Shown piece after piece: positions 17,239 to 27,371 of a DNA stretch of 40,944 bases. The stretch covers positions 1 through 40,944 of the forward strand of contig CALKJP010000019.1 in assembly GCA_937995645.1 (NCBI GenBank). Reading direction: 5' to 3'. The stretch is from an uncultured Bacteroidia bacterium (GTDB lineage: Bacteria > Bacteroidota > Bacteroidia > JACCXN01). The notes beneath the pieces are model-generated. The model did no database searches. It worked only from the letters and a program-made list of their open reading frames with translations, and was not told where the DNA came from. The translations under genes and the position numbers were made by a program. The number at the start of each line of letters is the position of its first letter. The first letter of the stretch is position 1.

Positions 17239-19344
17239 TTGAACGCTGCATCCTCAAAATCGAAAAAGCAATTAAGAAAAATTGCACTGGTTGGAAATCC
17301 CAACAGCGGCAAATCTACCCTTTTTAATTTACTTACAGGATTAAACCAAAAAGTAGGAAATTTTCCGGGTGTTACAGTAGAGAAAAAAACAGGCAAATGC
17401 CAATTAGATAATGAAGAAATAGAAATTATTGATCTACCTGGAACTTACAGCCTGCATCCTAAATCAATAGATGAAGAAGTTACTCTATCGGTAGTTTGCG
17501 ATCCTGCAAATAAATACTATCCGGATATTACAATTATTGTAGCTGATGCATCTAACTTAAAACGTAATTTATTATTATGTACACAAGTTATAGATTTAAA
17601 GCGACCATGTATTTTGGCGCTAAATATGATGGACCTGGTACGTGAAAATAAAATTGAAATAAATACAGCTTTACTTTCTCAAGAATTAGGCATACCGATT
17701 ATTGCCATGAATGCCCGAAATAACGAAGGAATTAAAGAGTTAAAAAATCTATTGAAAGAAAATATTGCTGCTCCTAATAAATGTTTTTTTGATGTTGCAA
17801 CACTAAATATTAATTTTTTACAAGAATTAAAAGGTTTAATTAAGGTTGAAAACAATTATCTGGCACATTTAATTTTTCTACATCACCATGCAATTCCTTC
17901 TATTGAACACAACAACGAAATAACAGAAAGAATTAAACTTGTTAGCAAAAACGAAAAAATAGATAAAGGACGTTTACAAGCACAGGAAACCATTATACGC
18001 TATAAAAACATCAATAGCATAATACAAACATGTGTAGTTGATGAGCGCAAAATAAAAGCTGATAAATTAACTCAAAAACTAGATGCCATTCTTACCCATA
18101 AAGTTTGGGGATTTGCATCATTTTTAGCATTGCTATTTTTAATCTTTCAGTTTATCTTCAGTTTTTCTGCCTATCCAATGGAATGGATTGAACAAGGATT
18201 TGCTTTACTATCCGATGCTGTAAAAAATCATTTTCCAAAAGGAGCAGTTAACGATTTAGTTACCGAAGGCATCATTTCAGGATTAGGCGGCATTTTTGTA
18301 TTCATCCCTCAAATAGCATTTTTATTTGCATTTATTGCTATACTGGAAGATACAGGCTATATGGCACGTGTAAGTTTTATACTCGATCGCATTATGCGCA
18401 AATTCGGATTAAACGGCCGTTCAGTAATTCCACTCATCAGCGGTGCTGCCTGTGCCGTACCAGCGGTAATGTCAACACGCACTATTTCTAACTGGAAAGA
18501 ACGCATTATTACCATTTTAGTAATTCCGCTTATAAGTTGCTCTGCACGTTTGCCGGTTTATACACTCATAATTGCATTGGTAATTCCACAAAAAAAACTG
18601 TGGGGATTAATCAATTATCAGGGATTGGTTTTATTTAGCTTATATTTAATCGGATTTAGCGCAGCAATTTTTTCAGCATACATTTTTAAGATGATTTTAA
18701 AAAGTAAGGAGCGCAGCTACTTTATTATGGAAATGCCGGTTTACAGAGCACCACGCTGGGGAACCGTTGTTTTAACAATGATTGAAAAAATAAAAGTATT
18801 TTTGTTTGATGTCGGTAAAGTTATTATTTCCATTTCCATAGTTCTTTGGGTATTATCCTCCTATGCCCCTGGTAATAGATTTGAAAAAATTGAAAAAAAA
18901 TATGAAAATTCAGATAATGCTGAAAATATAATTGCATCCGAAAAACTCGAAGCATCTTATGCAGGAATATTTGGGAAGGCTATTGAACCCGTTATTAAAC
19001 CTCTCGGTTTCGACTGGAAAATAGGCATTGCATTAATTACCTCTTTTGCAGCAAGAGAAGTTTTTGTGGGTACCATGGCAACTATTTACAGCGTTGGTAC
19101 AGATGATGAAAGTAGCCTAAGACAAAAAATGCAGCAGGATAAAAATCAAAATGGCGAGAAAATTTACACACTTGCCACGGGAGTTTCGCTCTTATTGTTC
19201 TATGTATTTGCCATGCAGTGCATGAGTACTATTGCTGTTGTTTATCGCGAAAGCGGGCATTGGAAATGGCCACTCATACAATTTTTATACATGGGCGCTT
19301 TGGCCTATTTTAGCAGTTTAATAGCCTATCAGTTGTTAGCCTGA
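17239..19344 (+). CDS. feoB: Ferrous iron transport protein B
   Basis: GNPNSGKST, VGNFPGVTVE, DLPGTYSL, LNMMD, EDTGYMAR, SCSARLPVY, AREVFV. Confidence 0.97.
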   Translation: MNAASSKSKKQLRKIALVGNPNSGKSTLFNLLTGLNQKVGNFPGVTVEKKTGKCQLDNEEIEIIDLPGTYSLHPKSIDEEVTLSVVCDPANKYYPDITIIVADASNLKRNLLLCTQVIDLKRPCILALNMMDLVRENKIEINTALLSQELGIPIIAMNARNNEGIKELKNLLKENIAAPNKCFFDVATLNINFLQELKGLIKVENNYLAHLIFLHHHAIPSIEHNNEITERIKLVSKNEKIDKGRLQAQETIIRYKNINSIIQTCVVDERKIKADKLTQKLDAILTHKVWGFASFLALLFLIFQFIFSFSAYPMEWIEQGFALLSDAVKNHFPKGAVNDLVTEGIISGLGGIFVFIPQIAFLFAFIAILEDTGYMARVSFILDRIMRKFGLNGRSVIPLISGAACAVPAVMSTRTISNWKERIITILVIPLISCSARLPVYTLIIALVIPQKKLWGLINYQGLVLFSLYLIGFSAAIFSAYIFKMILKSKERSYFIMEMPVYRAPRWGTVVLTMIEKIKVFLFDVGKVIISISIVLWVLSSYAPGNRFEKIEKKYENSDNAENIIASEKLEASYAGIFGKAIEPVIKPLGFDWKIGIALITSFAAREVFVGTMATIYSVGTDDESSLRQKMQQDKNQNGEKIYTLATGVSLLLFYVFAMQCMSTIAVVYRESGHWKWPLIQFLYMGALAYFSSLIAYQLLA

Positions 19345-20009
19345 TGCAAAGCCGTTTACTTTTTGAAGAAGATACTATTGCCGAAAATCCTTATTTGGAA
19401 ATTTTAAAAAATCATATTCCGCATAAGGCCTTAAGCTATACCTGCGAATTTTTGCTTTATCATAAAGTTGAATTAAAAATTACCAAAAAACGCAGCTCCA
19501 AATTTGGCGATTACCGAATACCCTTTAAAGGTAAATCGCATATAATTACCATAAATGGCGATTTAAATCCTTTTGCATTTTTAATTACGTTGCTTCATGA
19601 AATGGCACATTTAAGCTGCTTTGTAAAGCATGGTTTTAAGCGTAGTGTTAAGCCGCACGGAAAAGAATGGAAAAACGAATTTAAACATCACATGACACCA
19701 TTTATACAATTAAAACTTTTTCCGCAAGATGTGTTAAAAGCAGTTTTTGATTACATTCAAAACCCTTCGGCATCAAGCTGCTCAGACGAACAGCTAATGC
19801 GTTCGCTAAAAAAATACGACCCCAAAAGCGAATTGGTATTTTTAGAGGAGTTGCCCGAAAATACACTCTTTCGCATTGGCAAAGACCGCATTTTTAAAAA
19901 AGGCCCAAAACAACGCAAACACTACAAATGCCTTTGCCTCAATAATAAAAGAACGTATTTGGTTAGCCCTTTGGCTGAAGTAAAAAAAGTAGAAAATTTT
20001 CCTATTTAA
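19344..20009 (+). CDS. SprT-like zinc metalloprotease domain protein
   Basis: GDYR, ITLLHEMAH (HExxH), PHGKEWK. Confidence 0.88.
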   Translation: MQSRLLFEEDTIAENPYLEILKNHIPHKALSYTCEFLLYHKVELKITKKRSSKFGDYRIPFKGKSHIITINGDLNPFAFLITLLHEMAHLSCFVKHGFKRSVKPHGKEWKNEFKHHMTPFIQLKLFPQDVLKAVFDYIQNPSASSCSDEQLMRSLKKYDPKSELVFLEELPENTLFRIGKDRIFKKGPKQRKHYKCLCLNNKRTYLVSPLAEVKKVENFPI

Positions 20010-20080
20010 AAACAATCGAAGCATAGATTTTAGTAACATTACGCTGTTTATCTTATTTTTGTGCTTTAAAATTTAAGCAC

Positions 20081-21334
20081 ATGTCAAGAAAGGGAAAGAT
20101 AGAATTAATGTCGCCTGCCGGCAACTGGGAATCGCTGAGAGCAGCCATTGATGCCGGAGCCGATAGTGTTTATTTTGGAGTAGAGCAGTTAAACATGCGC
20201 GCTCGTGCATCCATCAATTTCACCTTAGAAGATTTAAAAGAAATTGGCGAATTCTGTAATTCAAAAAATATAAGAACCTATCTCACTTTAAATACTATAA
20301 TTTACGACCACGATTTATCCGTTGTAAAAACATTGGTAAATGCTGCTAAAGAAAACGGCATTACTGCTATTATTGCTTCCGATCAAGCTGTAATTGCCTA
20401 TGCACGCTCGCAAAATATGGAAATACATATTTCTACCCAATTAAACGTAACCAATATTGAAACCGTTAAATTTTATTCCCTGTTTGCCGATGTCATTGTA
20501 CTGAGTCGTGAACTAAGTTTAAGTCAAGTAAAAAAAATTACCGAAGCCATAGAAAAAGAACAAATAAAAGGCCCCTCCGGAAATTTAATTGAGATTGAAC
20601 TATTCGGACATGGGGCTTTGTGCATGGCAGTTTCAGGAAAATGTTATCTTTCATTACACTCCAATAATTCATCGGCAAACAGAGGGGCGTGTGTGCAAAA
20701 TTGCCGCAGAACTTACACGGTAATTGATAACGAAACCGGCAATGAATTACTAATTGATAATGAGTACATCATGTCGCCAAAAGATTTGTGTACCATAAAC
20801 TTTTTAGACCAAGTAGCAGATGCCGGAATAAAAGTACTAAAAATTGAAGGACGCGGCAGAGCTCCTGAATATGTAAAAACTGTTACCCAATGCTATCGCG
20901 AAGCGATTGATGCAATTCATGAAGGAACTTACACTCCCGAAAAAGTAAACGAATGGATGGCACGCTTAGAAACCGTATATAATCGCGGATTCTGGAGCGG
21001 ATATTATTTAGGACAAAAACTTGGAGAATGGCATAATGCCAGCGGATCAAAAGCTACACAAAAAAAAGTATATATTGCCAAAGGTGTACATTATTATCCT
21101 AAAACACAAATTGCGGAGTTTGAGGTAGAAGCACAAAAAATAAAAAAGGGAGATAAAATATTAATATCAGGACCAACAACCGGATTAATAGAAAAAGAAC
21201 TAAAAGAATTATTTATAAATGGCGTACCGGGAGAAGAAGCCATAAAAGGCGACCGCATAACCTTTAAAATAGAAGAGCGTATCCGCACATCTGACAAGCT
21301 ATACAAAATAATTCCCAATCCAGATTTGCAATGA
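20081..21334 (+). CDS. Peptidase U32 family Fe-S protein (TrhP/RlhA-like hydroxylation factor)
   Basis: ELMSPAG, GADSVYFG, HISTQ, HGALCMAVSGKC, ANRGACVQNCR, SPKDLC, LKIEGR. Confidence 0.93.
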   Translation: MSRKGKIELMSPAGNWESLRAAIDAGADSVYFGVEQLNMRARASINFTLEDLKEIGEFCNSKNIRTYLTLNTIIYDHDLSVVKTLVNAAKENGITAIIASDQAVIAYARSQNMEIHISTQLNVTNIETVKFYSLFADVIVLSRELSLSQVKKITEAIEKEQIKGPSGNLIEIELFGHGALCMAVSGKCYLSLHSNNSSANRGACVQNCRRTYTVIDNETGNELLIDNEYIMSPKDLCTINFLDQVADAGIKVLKIEGRGRAPEYVKTVTQCYREAIDAIHEGTYTPEKVNEWMARLETVYNRGFWSGYYLGQKLGEWHNASGSKATQKKVYIAKGVHYYPKTQIAEFEVEAQKIKKGDKILISGPTTGLIEKELKELFINGVPGEEAIKGDRITFKIEERIRTSDKLYKIIPNPDLQ

Positions 21335-21567
21335 TATCGGTAAGCCTGCAACGCAAAAAATGTATTGGATGTAATTACTGTGCAGAAATTGCACCCGATA
21401 TGTTTCGCATGTCGAAAAAAGACGGCAAAAGCGTATTATTGAACGCAAACGAAAAAGGAGAGTTTTTAAACATTCGACTACCCGATACACAAAGAGATGC
21501 TGCTTTAAAATGCCAGGAAGTTTGCCCTGTTAGCATTATTAAAGTGCATGATTGTAAAAACCCCTAA
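21331..21567 (+). CDS. Single-cluster ferredoxin
   Basis: CIGCNYC...CPVSII; ATGA overlap with the U32 gene. Confidence 0.9.
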   Translation: MISVSLQRKKCIGCNYCAEIAPDMFRMSKKDGKSVLLNANEKGEFLNIRLPDTQRDAALKCQEVCPVSIIKVHDCKNP

Positions 21568-21633
21568 ATTAAAAGCCAAAAACAAACAAGTAATTTCAAT
21601 CTCCAAAAATCATCTTGGCTATCCAATCAAACA

Positions 21634-21710
21634 GGTTATTTGGTTATTGGTTATTTGGTTATTGGTTAATGGTTATTGGTTAATGGTTATTGGCTAATGG
21701 TTATTGGTTA
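21634..21710 (+). repeat. Tandem heptamer array (GGTTAWT), about 10-11 units
   Basis: ggttatt-t-ggttatt-ggttatt-t-ggttatt-ggttaat-ggttatt-ggttaat-ggttatt-ggctaat-ggttatt-ggtta. Confidence 0.9.
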
Positions 21711-21949
21711 GATGAGACTAATAGAATTTGATGGAAATTAAATTGAACAGATAACTTATAACATGAATAAATTGGCCAATTTGCACATTGGCACATCAAT
21801 TCATTTGCCTTCTGCTAACAACCAACTACCCACATACTCCTTACAACTTAAAACTTACGACTTCTACCTTAGTCCTAAAATAATATATCTTAACTTAAAT
21901 CGGCATTAAATCGGGAGTAAAAATTCCTTTTAAAACAGCGCTTTTTTTA

Positions 21950-21957
21950 TACCTTTG
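21950..21957 (+). promoter_or_regulatory. -7 promoter element TACCTTTG for the aminotransferase gene
   Basis: Exact TAnnTTTG, 32 nt upstream of the ATG at 21990. Confidence 0.6.
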
Positions 21958-21989
21958 AACGTTTAAAAAATCTACAAATACGAATAAAA

Positions 21990-23273
21990 ATGAGCGAAAC
22001 TGCAACTAAAGTACATCTGCCCGTTTCTCACATGGCAGAAAATCTGATTGGTTCTGAAATTATTAAACTTGCCGGAGAAGTAAACGCAAAAATTAAAGCA
22101 GGAGAAAAAATTTACAATTTTACCATTGGCGATTTTAATCCTAAAATATTCCCTATTCCAGCCGAATTAAAACAGGCAATTATTGATGCGTATTTAAATG
22201 ATGAAACCAACTACCCTGCTGCCGATGGTATGCAGGATTTGCGCGATGCAGTTGCGGCATTTTTAAAACGTACGCAACATTTAGATTATACATCAAACGA
22301 AATTTTAATTGCCGGCGGAGCACGACCTGTTATTTATGCTATTTACAAAGCCATAATTGACCCGGGCGATGGAGTTTTATTCCCTGTTCCATCATGGAAT
22401 AATAACCACTACTGCCATTTATCAGGCGCTAATCCAATTTGTGTAGAAACCAAGCCTGAAAACAATTTTATGCCAACAGCTGATGAAATAAAACCACACC
22501 TTTCCAATACGGTTTTATTAGCATTGTGCTCTCCGTTAAACCCAACAGGTACAACCTTTACAGAAAAAGCCTTACGCGCAATTTGCGAACTGGTAATTGC
22601 TGAAAACAAACGCAGAGGCGAAAACGAGAAACCTGTATATATTTTATACGACCAAATTTATTCTGCACTTACCTATGGCGATATAAAACATTTAGACCCT
22701 GTAAGCCTTTACCCTGAACTAAGAAACTACACCATTTTTGTGGATGGTATTTCCAAATCATTTGCCGCTACCGGTTTACGTGTAGGCTGGACATTTGGCC
22801 CTCAGCGCATCATTGATAAAATGAAAGCTATTTTAAGTCACGTTGGCGCATGGGCGCCAAAAGCAGAACAAATGGCTACTGCCAAATTTTTAAATCAAGA
22901 AGATGTTAGCAATAAATGTCTGGTAGATTTTAAAAAAGAAATCAGTGCGCGTTTAGATGGATTTTACAAAGGCTTTCAAACTTTAAAAAACGAAGGCTTT
23001 AAGGTAGATGCCATTGCTCCGCAAGCAGCTATTTACTTAACCATTCAATTTGATTTAAAAGGTAAAAAAACTACAGAAGAGAAAACATTAGAAACAACTG
23101 CAGATATTACCAAATATATTTTAGATGAGGCAAAAATAGCGGTTGTGCCATTTTATGCATTTGGTGCTTCACACGATTCTACCTGGTTTAGATTATCAGT
23201 AGGAACTGCTAAAATAGAAGATATTGAAGGTGCCATAAACAGCCTGCGAGCAGCATTGAAAAAACTTAGTTAG
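21990..23273 (+). CDS. PLP-dependent aminotransferase class I/II (aspartate aminotransferase-like)
   Basis: SPLNPTG, YDQIY, DGISKSFAATGLRVGW (PLP lysine), WFRLS. Confidence 0.93.
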   Translation: MSETATKVHLPVSHMAENLIGSEIIKLAGEVNAKIKAGEKIYNFTIGDFNPKIFPIPAELKQAIIDAYLNDETNYPAADGMQDLRDAVAAFLKRTQHLDYTSNEILIAGGARPVIYAIYKAIIDPGDGVLFPVPSWNNNHYCHLSGANPICVETKPENNFMPTADEIKPHLSNTVLLALCSPLNPTGTTFTEKALRAICELVIAENKRRGENEKPVYILYDQIYSALTYGDIKHLDPVSLYPELRNYTIFVDGISKSFAATGLRVGWTFGPQRIIDKMKAILSHVGAWAPKAEQMATAKFLNQEDVSNKCLVDFKKEISARLDGFYKGFQTLKNEGFKVDAIAPQAAIYLTIQFDLKGKKTTEEKTLETTADITKYILDEAKIAVVPFYAFGASHDSTWFRLSVGTAKIEDIEGAINSLRAALKKLS

Positions 23274-23450
23274 ACGTAAGAATTGAGATGTGAGATGTAA
23301 ATGAATTTCTTACATTTATTATATATCGCATTTCAATACTAAATACCAAACAGCATGAAATGAAACATAAAAATTAACACTATACCCACCGAACATGAAT
23401 AAATTTTATGCGAAATTCCATATGGTCTTTAAAAAATCATTTAAATACAT

Positions 23451-24542
23451 ATGAAAAACACCTATGCAGTAATAATGGCAGGGGGCATTGGAAGCCGCTT
23501 TTGGCCAATGAGTCGCACTGCACACCCAAAGCAGTTTTTAGATATACTCGGAACGGGAAGAACATTACTACAACAAACCTACGATAGATTTAACGAAAAA
23601 ATTTGCCCTGCCGAAAACATATTTATCGTTACGCATATTGATTATGTAAAGCTGGTTAAAGAGCAATTACCTTCTTTAAAAGACCACCAGATTTTAGCAG
23701 AACCCATGCGTAAAAATACTGCCCCCTGCGCAGCTTATGCCAGTTATAAAATCGGCAAAATAAATCCAAAGGCTACCATTGTGGTGGCACCATCTGACCA
23801 TCTGATTTTAAAAGAAGATACTTTTGTAAAAGCAATAAAAGCTACAGTAAAAAAAGCGCGCGAAGAAAACTGCTTACTTACATTAGGTATAAAACCAACA
23901 CGCCCCGATACCGGTTATGGCTATATACAGTTTAAAGAAGGCGAAGTATGCAGTTACGATAAACGTATAAAAAAAGTAAAGTCGTTTTTAGAAAAACCGA
24001 ATCATGAAATGGCAAAATTCTTTTTAGAAAGTGGCGATTTTTTATGGAACTCCGGAATTTTTATATGGGATTATTCTTCCATAAAATCAGCATTTGAAAA
24101 ATATTCGCCCGAAATAGCAAACATTTTTGGTGAAGGACAAAACAAACTAAACACACCCGAAGAAGCAGCTTTTGTAGCAAAAGCATACACCCAATGTCCC
24201 AATATATCTATTGACTATGCAATTATGGAAAAAGCGGAAAATGTTTTTGTACGTGCATCTATTCTTGGCTGGTCAGATTTAGGTACTTGGGGATCGTTAT
24301 ATACACACATTCCTAAAGACAATCATGAAAATGCTATTGTTGGCAAAAATGTAATGATGTACGATTCTAAAAATTGTATTGTAAATGTTCCAAAAGATAA
24401 ATTAGTGGTTTTACAGGGATTAGATAATTACATAGTTGTAGAATCAGATGGTATTTTACTGGTATGTAAAAAAGAAGACGAACAACAGATACGCAACTTT
24501 GTAAATGATGTAAAACTTAATAAAGGCGACAAGTTTATATAA
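23451..24542 (+). CDS. manC: Mannose-1-phosphate guanylyltransferase
   Basis: MAGGIGSRFWPMSR, PKQF, EPMRKNTAP, PSDH, TGYGYI, FLEKP, WNSGIF, SIDYAIMEKA, WSDLGTW. Confidence 0.93.
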   Translation: MKNTYAVIMAGGIGSRFWPMSRTAHPKQFLDILGTGRTLLQQTYDRFNEKICPAENIFIVTHIDYVKLVKEQLPSLKDHQILAEPMRKNTAPCAAYASYKIGKINPKATIVVAPSDHLILKEDTFVKAIKATVKKAREENCLLTLGIKPTRPDTGYGYIQFKEGEVCSYDKRIKKVKSFLEKPNHEMAKFFLESGDFLWNSGIFIWDYSSIKSAFEKYSPEIANIFGEGQNKLNTPEEAAFVAKAYTQCPNISIDYAIMEKAENVFVRASILGWSDLGTWGSLYTHIPKDNHENAIVGKNVMMYDSKNCIVNVPKDKLVVLQGLDNYIVVESDGILLVCKKEDEQQIRNFVNDVKLNKGDKFI

Positions 24543-24814
24543 TGCAAAAAGCATTTCAAATACAGGTTTTCGGGAAAGTGCAAGGCGTTTATTATCGTCA
24601 GTCAACGCGCGATAAAGCACTTGAGTTAGGATTAAAAGGTACCGTGCAGAATTTAACAGACGGATCTGTAATAATTCATGCCGAAGGCAATGAGGAAAAG
24701 CTAAATGAACTTATTTCGTGGTGTTATAAAGGACCTATAAAGGCCAAAGTAAACGAAGTAAAAGTAACCGAAGCTGAAATAAAAAATTTCAGCTCGTTTG
24801 AAATTATTCGTTAA
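24542..24814 (+). CDS. acyP: Acylphosphatase
   Basis: [26 protein letters not shown]. Confidence 0.93.
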   Translation: MQKAFQIQVFGKVQGVYYRQSTRDKALELGLKGTVQNLTDGSVIIHAEGNEEKLNELISWCYKGPIKAKVNEVKVTEAEIKNFSSFEIIR

Positions 24815-26834
24815 TCCTCATTTGTTTTAAAACTTCTTCTACATTTTCTACCGGCATTTGGCAGGCATTATTTACACAGTAATACATTATGGTTTTCCCT
24901 TCCTTAATTCGTTCTTTAAACAAAGGCAAATCCGATTCTTTTTCTGTAAATACAACTAACGTATCAGGCAAATAATATTGTTGTAATTGATGATAATATT
25001 CTTTGGCTTTATTGCCGCATATAACAAGCTCTTTTTTAAGATTTAAAATTTGTTGTTGCAACATCATCCAATTAGAATAAGCAGAACCATAACCTTGAAT
25101 AAACTCTTGCATGGCTTTGAGCATTTTTATTGTTTTCTCGTAATAAAAAGTATTATCCATTAATCGGTATAAGCGATATAAAACAGATGCCATTACCGAA
25201 TTTGATGCAGGTGTAACATTATCGGTTAGTTCCATTTTACGGGCTATTAATTGCTCGGCATTATCTGCCGTATAGAAAAACATGCCGCTTTTATCATCAT
25301 AAAAATGCTGAATAGTGTATTTGCTTAATTCAACAGCTTTATCCAAATATTTTTTATCAGCAGTAACTTCAAATAATGAAATTAAGGCATCTGCTAAAAA
25401 AGCATAATCTTCTAAAAAACCATTTGCTCCCAATTTGCCATTTTTGAATGAATGATATAATACACCTTCATTAATCAAATTATCACAAATAAATGTATTT
25501 GCTTTTTTAGCAGCATCTAAAAATCTTTTTTCGTTAAAAATCTTATAGGTGTCAACCAAACCTTTAATCATTAATGCATTCCATGATGCCAGAATTTTAT
25601 CATCCAATAGCGGATAAACTCTTTTTTGGCGTTCTGCCAACAGTTTTTCTTTAATTTTTTCAACTTTAATTTTTAATGTTTTAACATCAATATGGTATTG
25701 CTTGGCAAATTCATCATCTGTAATTTTTCTCAGAGGTATGTAATTTCCGTGTTCCCAATAACCATGTTCATTAAAATTGAAATAGTTTTTTGCCAACTCA
25801 AAATCATCGCCTAAAACTTCTTTTACTTCATTTATTTTCCAGATGTAATATTTACCCTCTTCTCCTTCACTATCTGCATCAATAGCTGAATAAAAAGCCC
25901 CTTCGGGCGAAGTCATTTCACGTTCAATAAAAGTTGCAATAGAATAGGCCGTTTCTTTATATAATTCATTTTTGCTTTTTTGATATGCCAGAGCATATAA
26001 ACTTAAAAGCTGCCCGTTATCGTAGAGCATTTTTTCAAAATGCGGCACTTTCCAAAGCATATCGGTTGAATAGCGCGTAAATCCTCCACCTATCTGATCG
26101 AAAATACCTCCTAATGCCATTTTATCTAATGTAAGAAATACATGTCGAGAAATTTCGGAATCATTTGTCAAATGGGCATATTGCATCAAAAACAAATAAT
26201 TGTTGGGCAATGGAAACTTTGGAGCTTTTTTATGACCTCCCTCTTCATTATCAAAATACAATTTCCATTTTTGAACAGATTTTTCAAGGACTGTTGTATC
26301 GAGTTCTGCATTTGCATTACTCGGCACAACCGTTTCCATTGCTTTAACACCTTGCGTTAACTCATTTGCATACTGATTAACTTTAGCCGGATTTTGACGA
26401 TACAAATTAGAAAGCTGCATTAAAACGCCCGCCCAGTTTTTTGGGGGAAAATAAGTTCCGCCATAAATTGGTCGTCCATCGGGCAATATAAAACAGTTTA
26501 ATGGCCAGCCTCCGCTACCAGTCATAAGCTGAACGGCATCCATATAAATACGGTCAATGTCGGGGCGCTCTTCTCTGTCAACTTTTATGCAGACAAAATT
26601 TTCGTTCATAATAGCAGCTATATCTTCATTTTCGAAACACTCGCGCTCCATTACATGGCACCAGTGGCAGGAAGAATAACCCACACTAATTAATATTAAC
26701 TTGTTTTCTGATTTGGCTTTAAAAAATGCTTCTTCGCCCCATGGATACCATTCAACCGGGTTATGGGCATGCTGTAATAAATACGGACTTGTTTCGTGAA
26801 TTAAACGATTGGTATGTAAATGATGATTTTGCAT
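24804..26834 (-). CDS. YyaL/SSP411-like thioredoxin domain (DUF255) plus six-hairpin glycosidase-like protein
   Basis: [64 protein letters not shown]. Confidence 0.93.
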   Translation of the reverse strand: MQNHHLHTNRLIHETSPYLLQHAHNPVEWYPWGEEAFFKAKSENKLILISVGYSSCHWCHVMERECFENEDIAAIMNENFVCIKVDREERPDIDRIYMDAVQLMTGSGGWPLNCFILPDGRPIYGGTYFPPKNWAGVLMQLSNLYRQNPAKVNQYANELTQGVKAMETVVPSNANAELDTTVLEKSVQKWKLYFDNEEGGHKKAPKFPLPNNYLFLMQYAHLTNDSEISRHVFLTLDKMALGGIFDQIGGGFTRYSTDMLWKVPHFEKMLYDNGQLLSLYALAYQKSKNELYKETAYSIATFIEREMTSPEGAFYSAIDADSEGEEGKYYIWKINEVKEVLGDDFELAKNYFNFNEHGYWEHGNYIPLRKITDDEFAKQYHIDVKTLKIKVEKIKEKLLAERQKRVYPLLDDKILASWNALMIKGLVDTYKIFNEKRFLDAAKKANTFICDNLINEGVLYHSFKNGKLGANGFLEDYAFLADALISLFEVTADKKYLDKAVELSKYTIQHFYDDKSGMFFYTADNAEQLIARKMELTDNVTPASNSVMASVLYRLYRLMDNTFYYEKTIKMLKAMQEFIQGYGSAYSNWMMLQQQILNLKKELVICGNKAKEYYHQLQQYYLPDTLVVFTEKESDLPLFKERIKEGKTIMYYCVNNACQMPVENVEEVLKQMRINE

Positions 26835-26858
26835 GGTAATATTAAAAGTAGGTTAAAT

Positions 26859-26894
26859 ATGACAAAAGTCATGTTTAAATTTGACTATCGTCAT
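26859..26894. promoter_or_regulatory. Twin palindromic operators, CRP/FNR-like (ATGACAAAAGTCAT and TTGACTATCGTCAT)
   Basis: Two TGAC-N4-GTCA boxes at 26859-26872 and 26881-26894, 22 bp apart, upstream of a TATTTTTG -7 element at 26917-26924. Confidence 0.65.
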
Positions 26895-26940
26895 AAGTAA
26901 ATTAACAGAGTGTAAATATTTTTGTTTAAATTTAAACATT

Positions 26941-27366
26941 ATGATGGAATTAGAAGGCACTCATGCGGCATATCTGATAGCTCGATTATTTTTAGGAATA
27001 TTGTTTTTTGTACAAGGATATGACAAAGTTTTTCGAGTAAAAGTACATACCGTTTATTCAACAATGCTACCCTCGTTTAACCGTTTAAACATAAATCCAT
27101 TGCTGGTTAAAATAATGGCTTATGTTACTTCGTATATAGAGTTTATTGGTGGCATAATGTTAATTATTGGATTTTTTACCAAAGCAGCTCTCTTACTTCT
27201 TGGTACAGATTTATTAATTGTAGCTATTGGATTAGGAATGCTTACGCCTATGTGGGACATGCAACATGCTTTTCCCAGATTAATACTGCTGCTGATATTA
27301 TTAATATTGCCTGATTACTGGAATGTATTTTCATTGGATGAATTATTTAAGTTGAATTCAAAATAA
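26941..27366 (+). CDS. DoxX family membrane protein
   Basis: RLFLGILFFVQGYDKV, EFIGGIMLIIGFFT, FSLD. ATG at 26941/26944 is preferred over the TTG at 26881, which lies inside the operator. Confidence 0.85.
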   Translation: MMELEGTHAAYLIARLFLGILFFVQGYDKVFRVKVHTVYSTMLPSFNRLNINPLLVKIMAYVTSYIEFIGGIMLIIGFFTKAALLLLGTDLLIVAIGLGMLTPMWDMQHAFPRLILLLILLILPDYWNVFSLDELFKLNSK

Positions 27367-27371
27367 AACAT

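Noticed and set aside
21634-21710. Repeat array considered as a CRISPR or telomere-like repeat
   Set aside because: The units are 7-bp contiguous repeats with no spacers and no cas genes nearby; resemblance to telomeric repeats is superficial.
23274-23450. Possible small ORF or leader peptide upstream of manC
   Set aside because: Only ORFs of 12 codons or fewer are present, with no informative composition.
26881-26940. TTG-initiated N-terminal extension of DoxX given by the ORF track
   Set aside because: It overlaps the operator and -7 element; ATG at 26941/26944 is more plausible.
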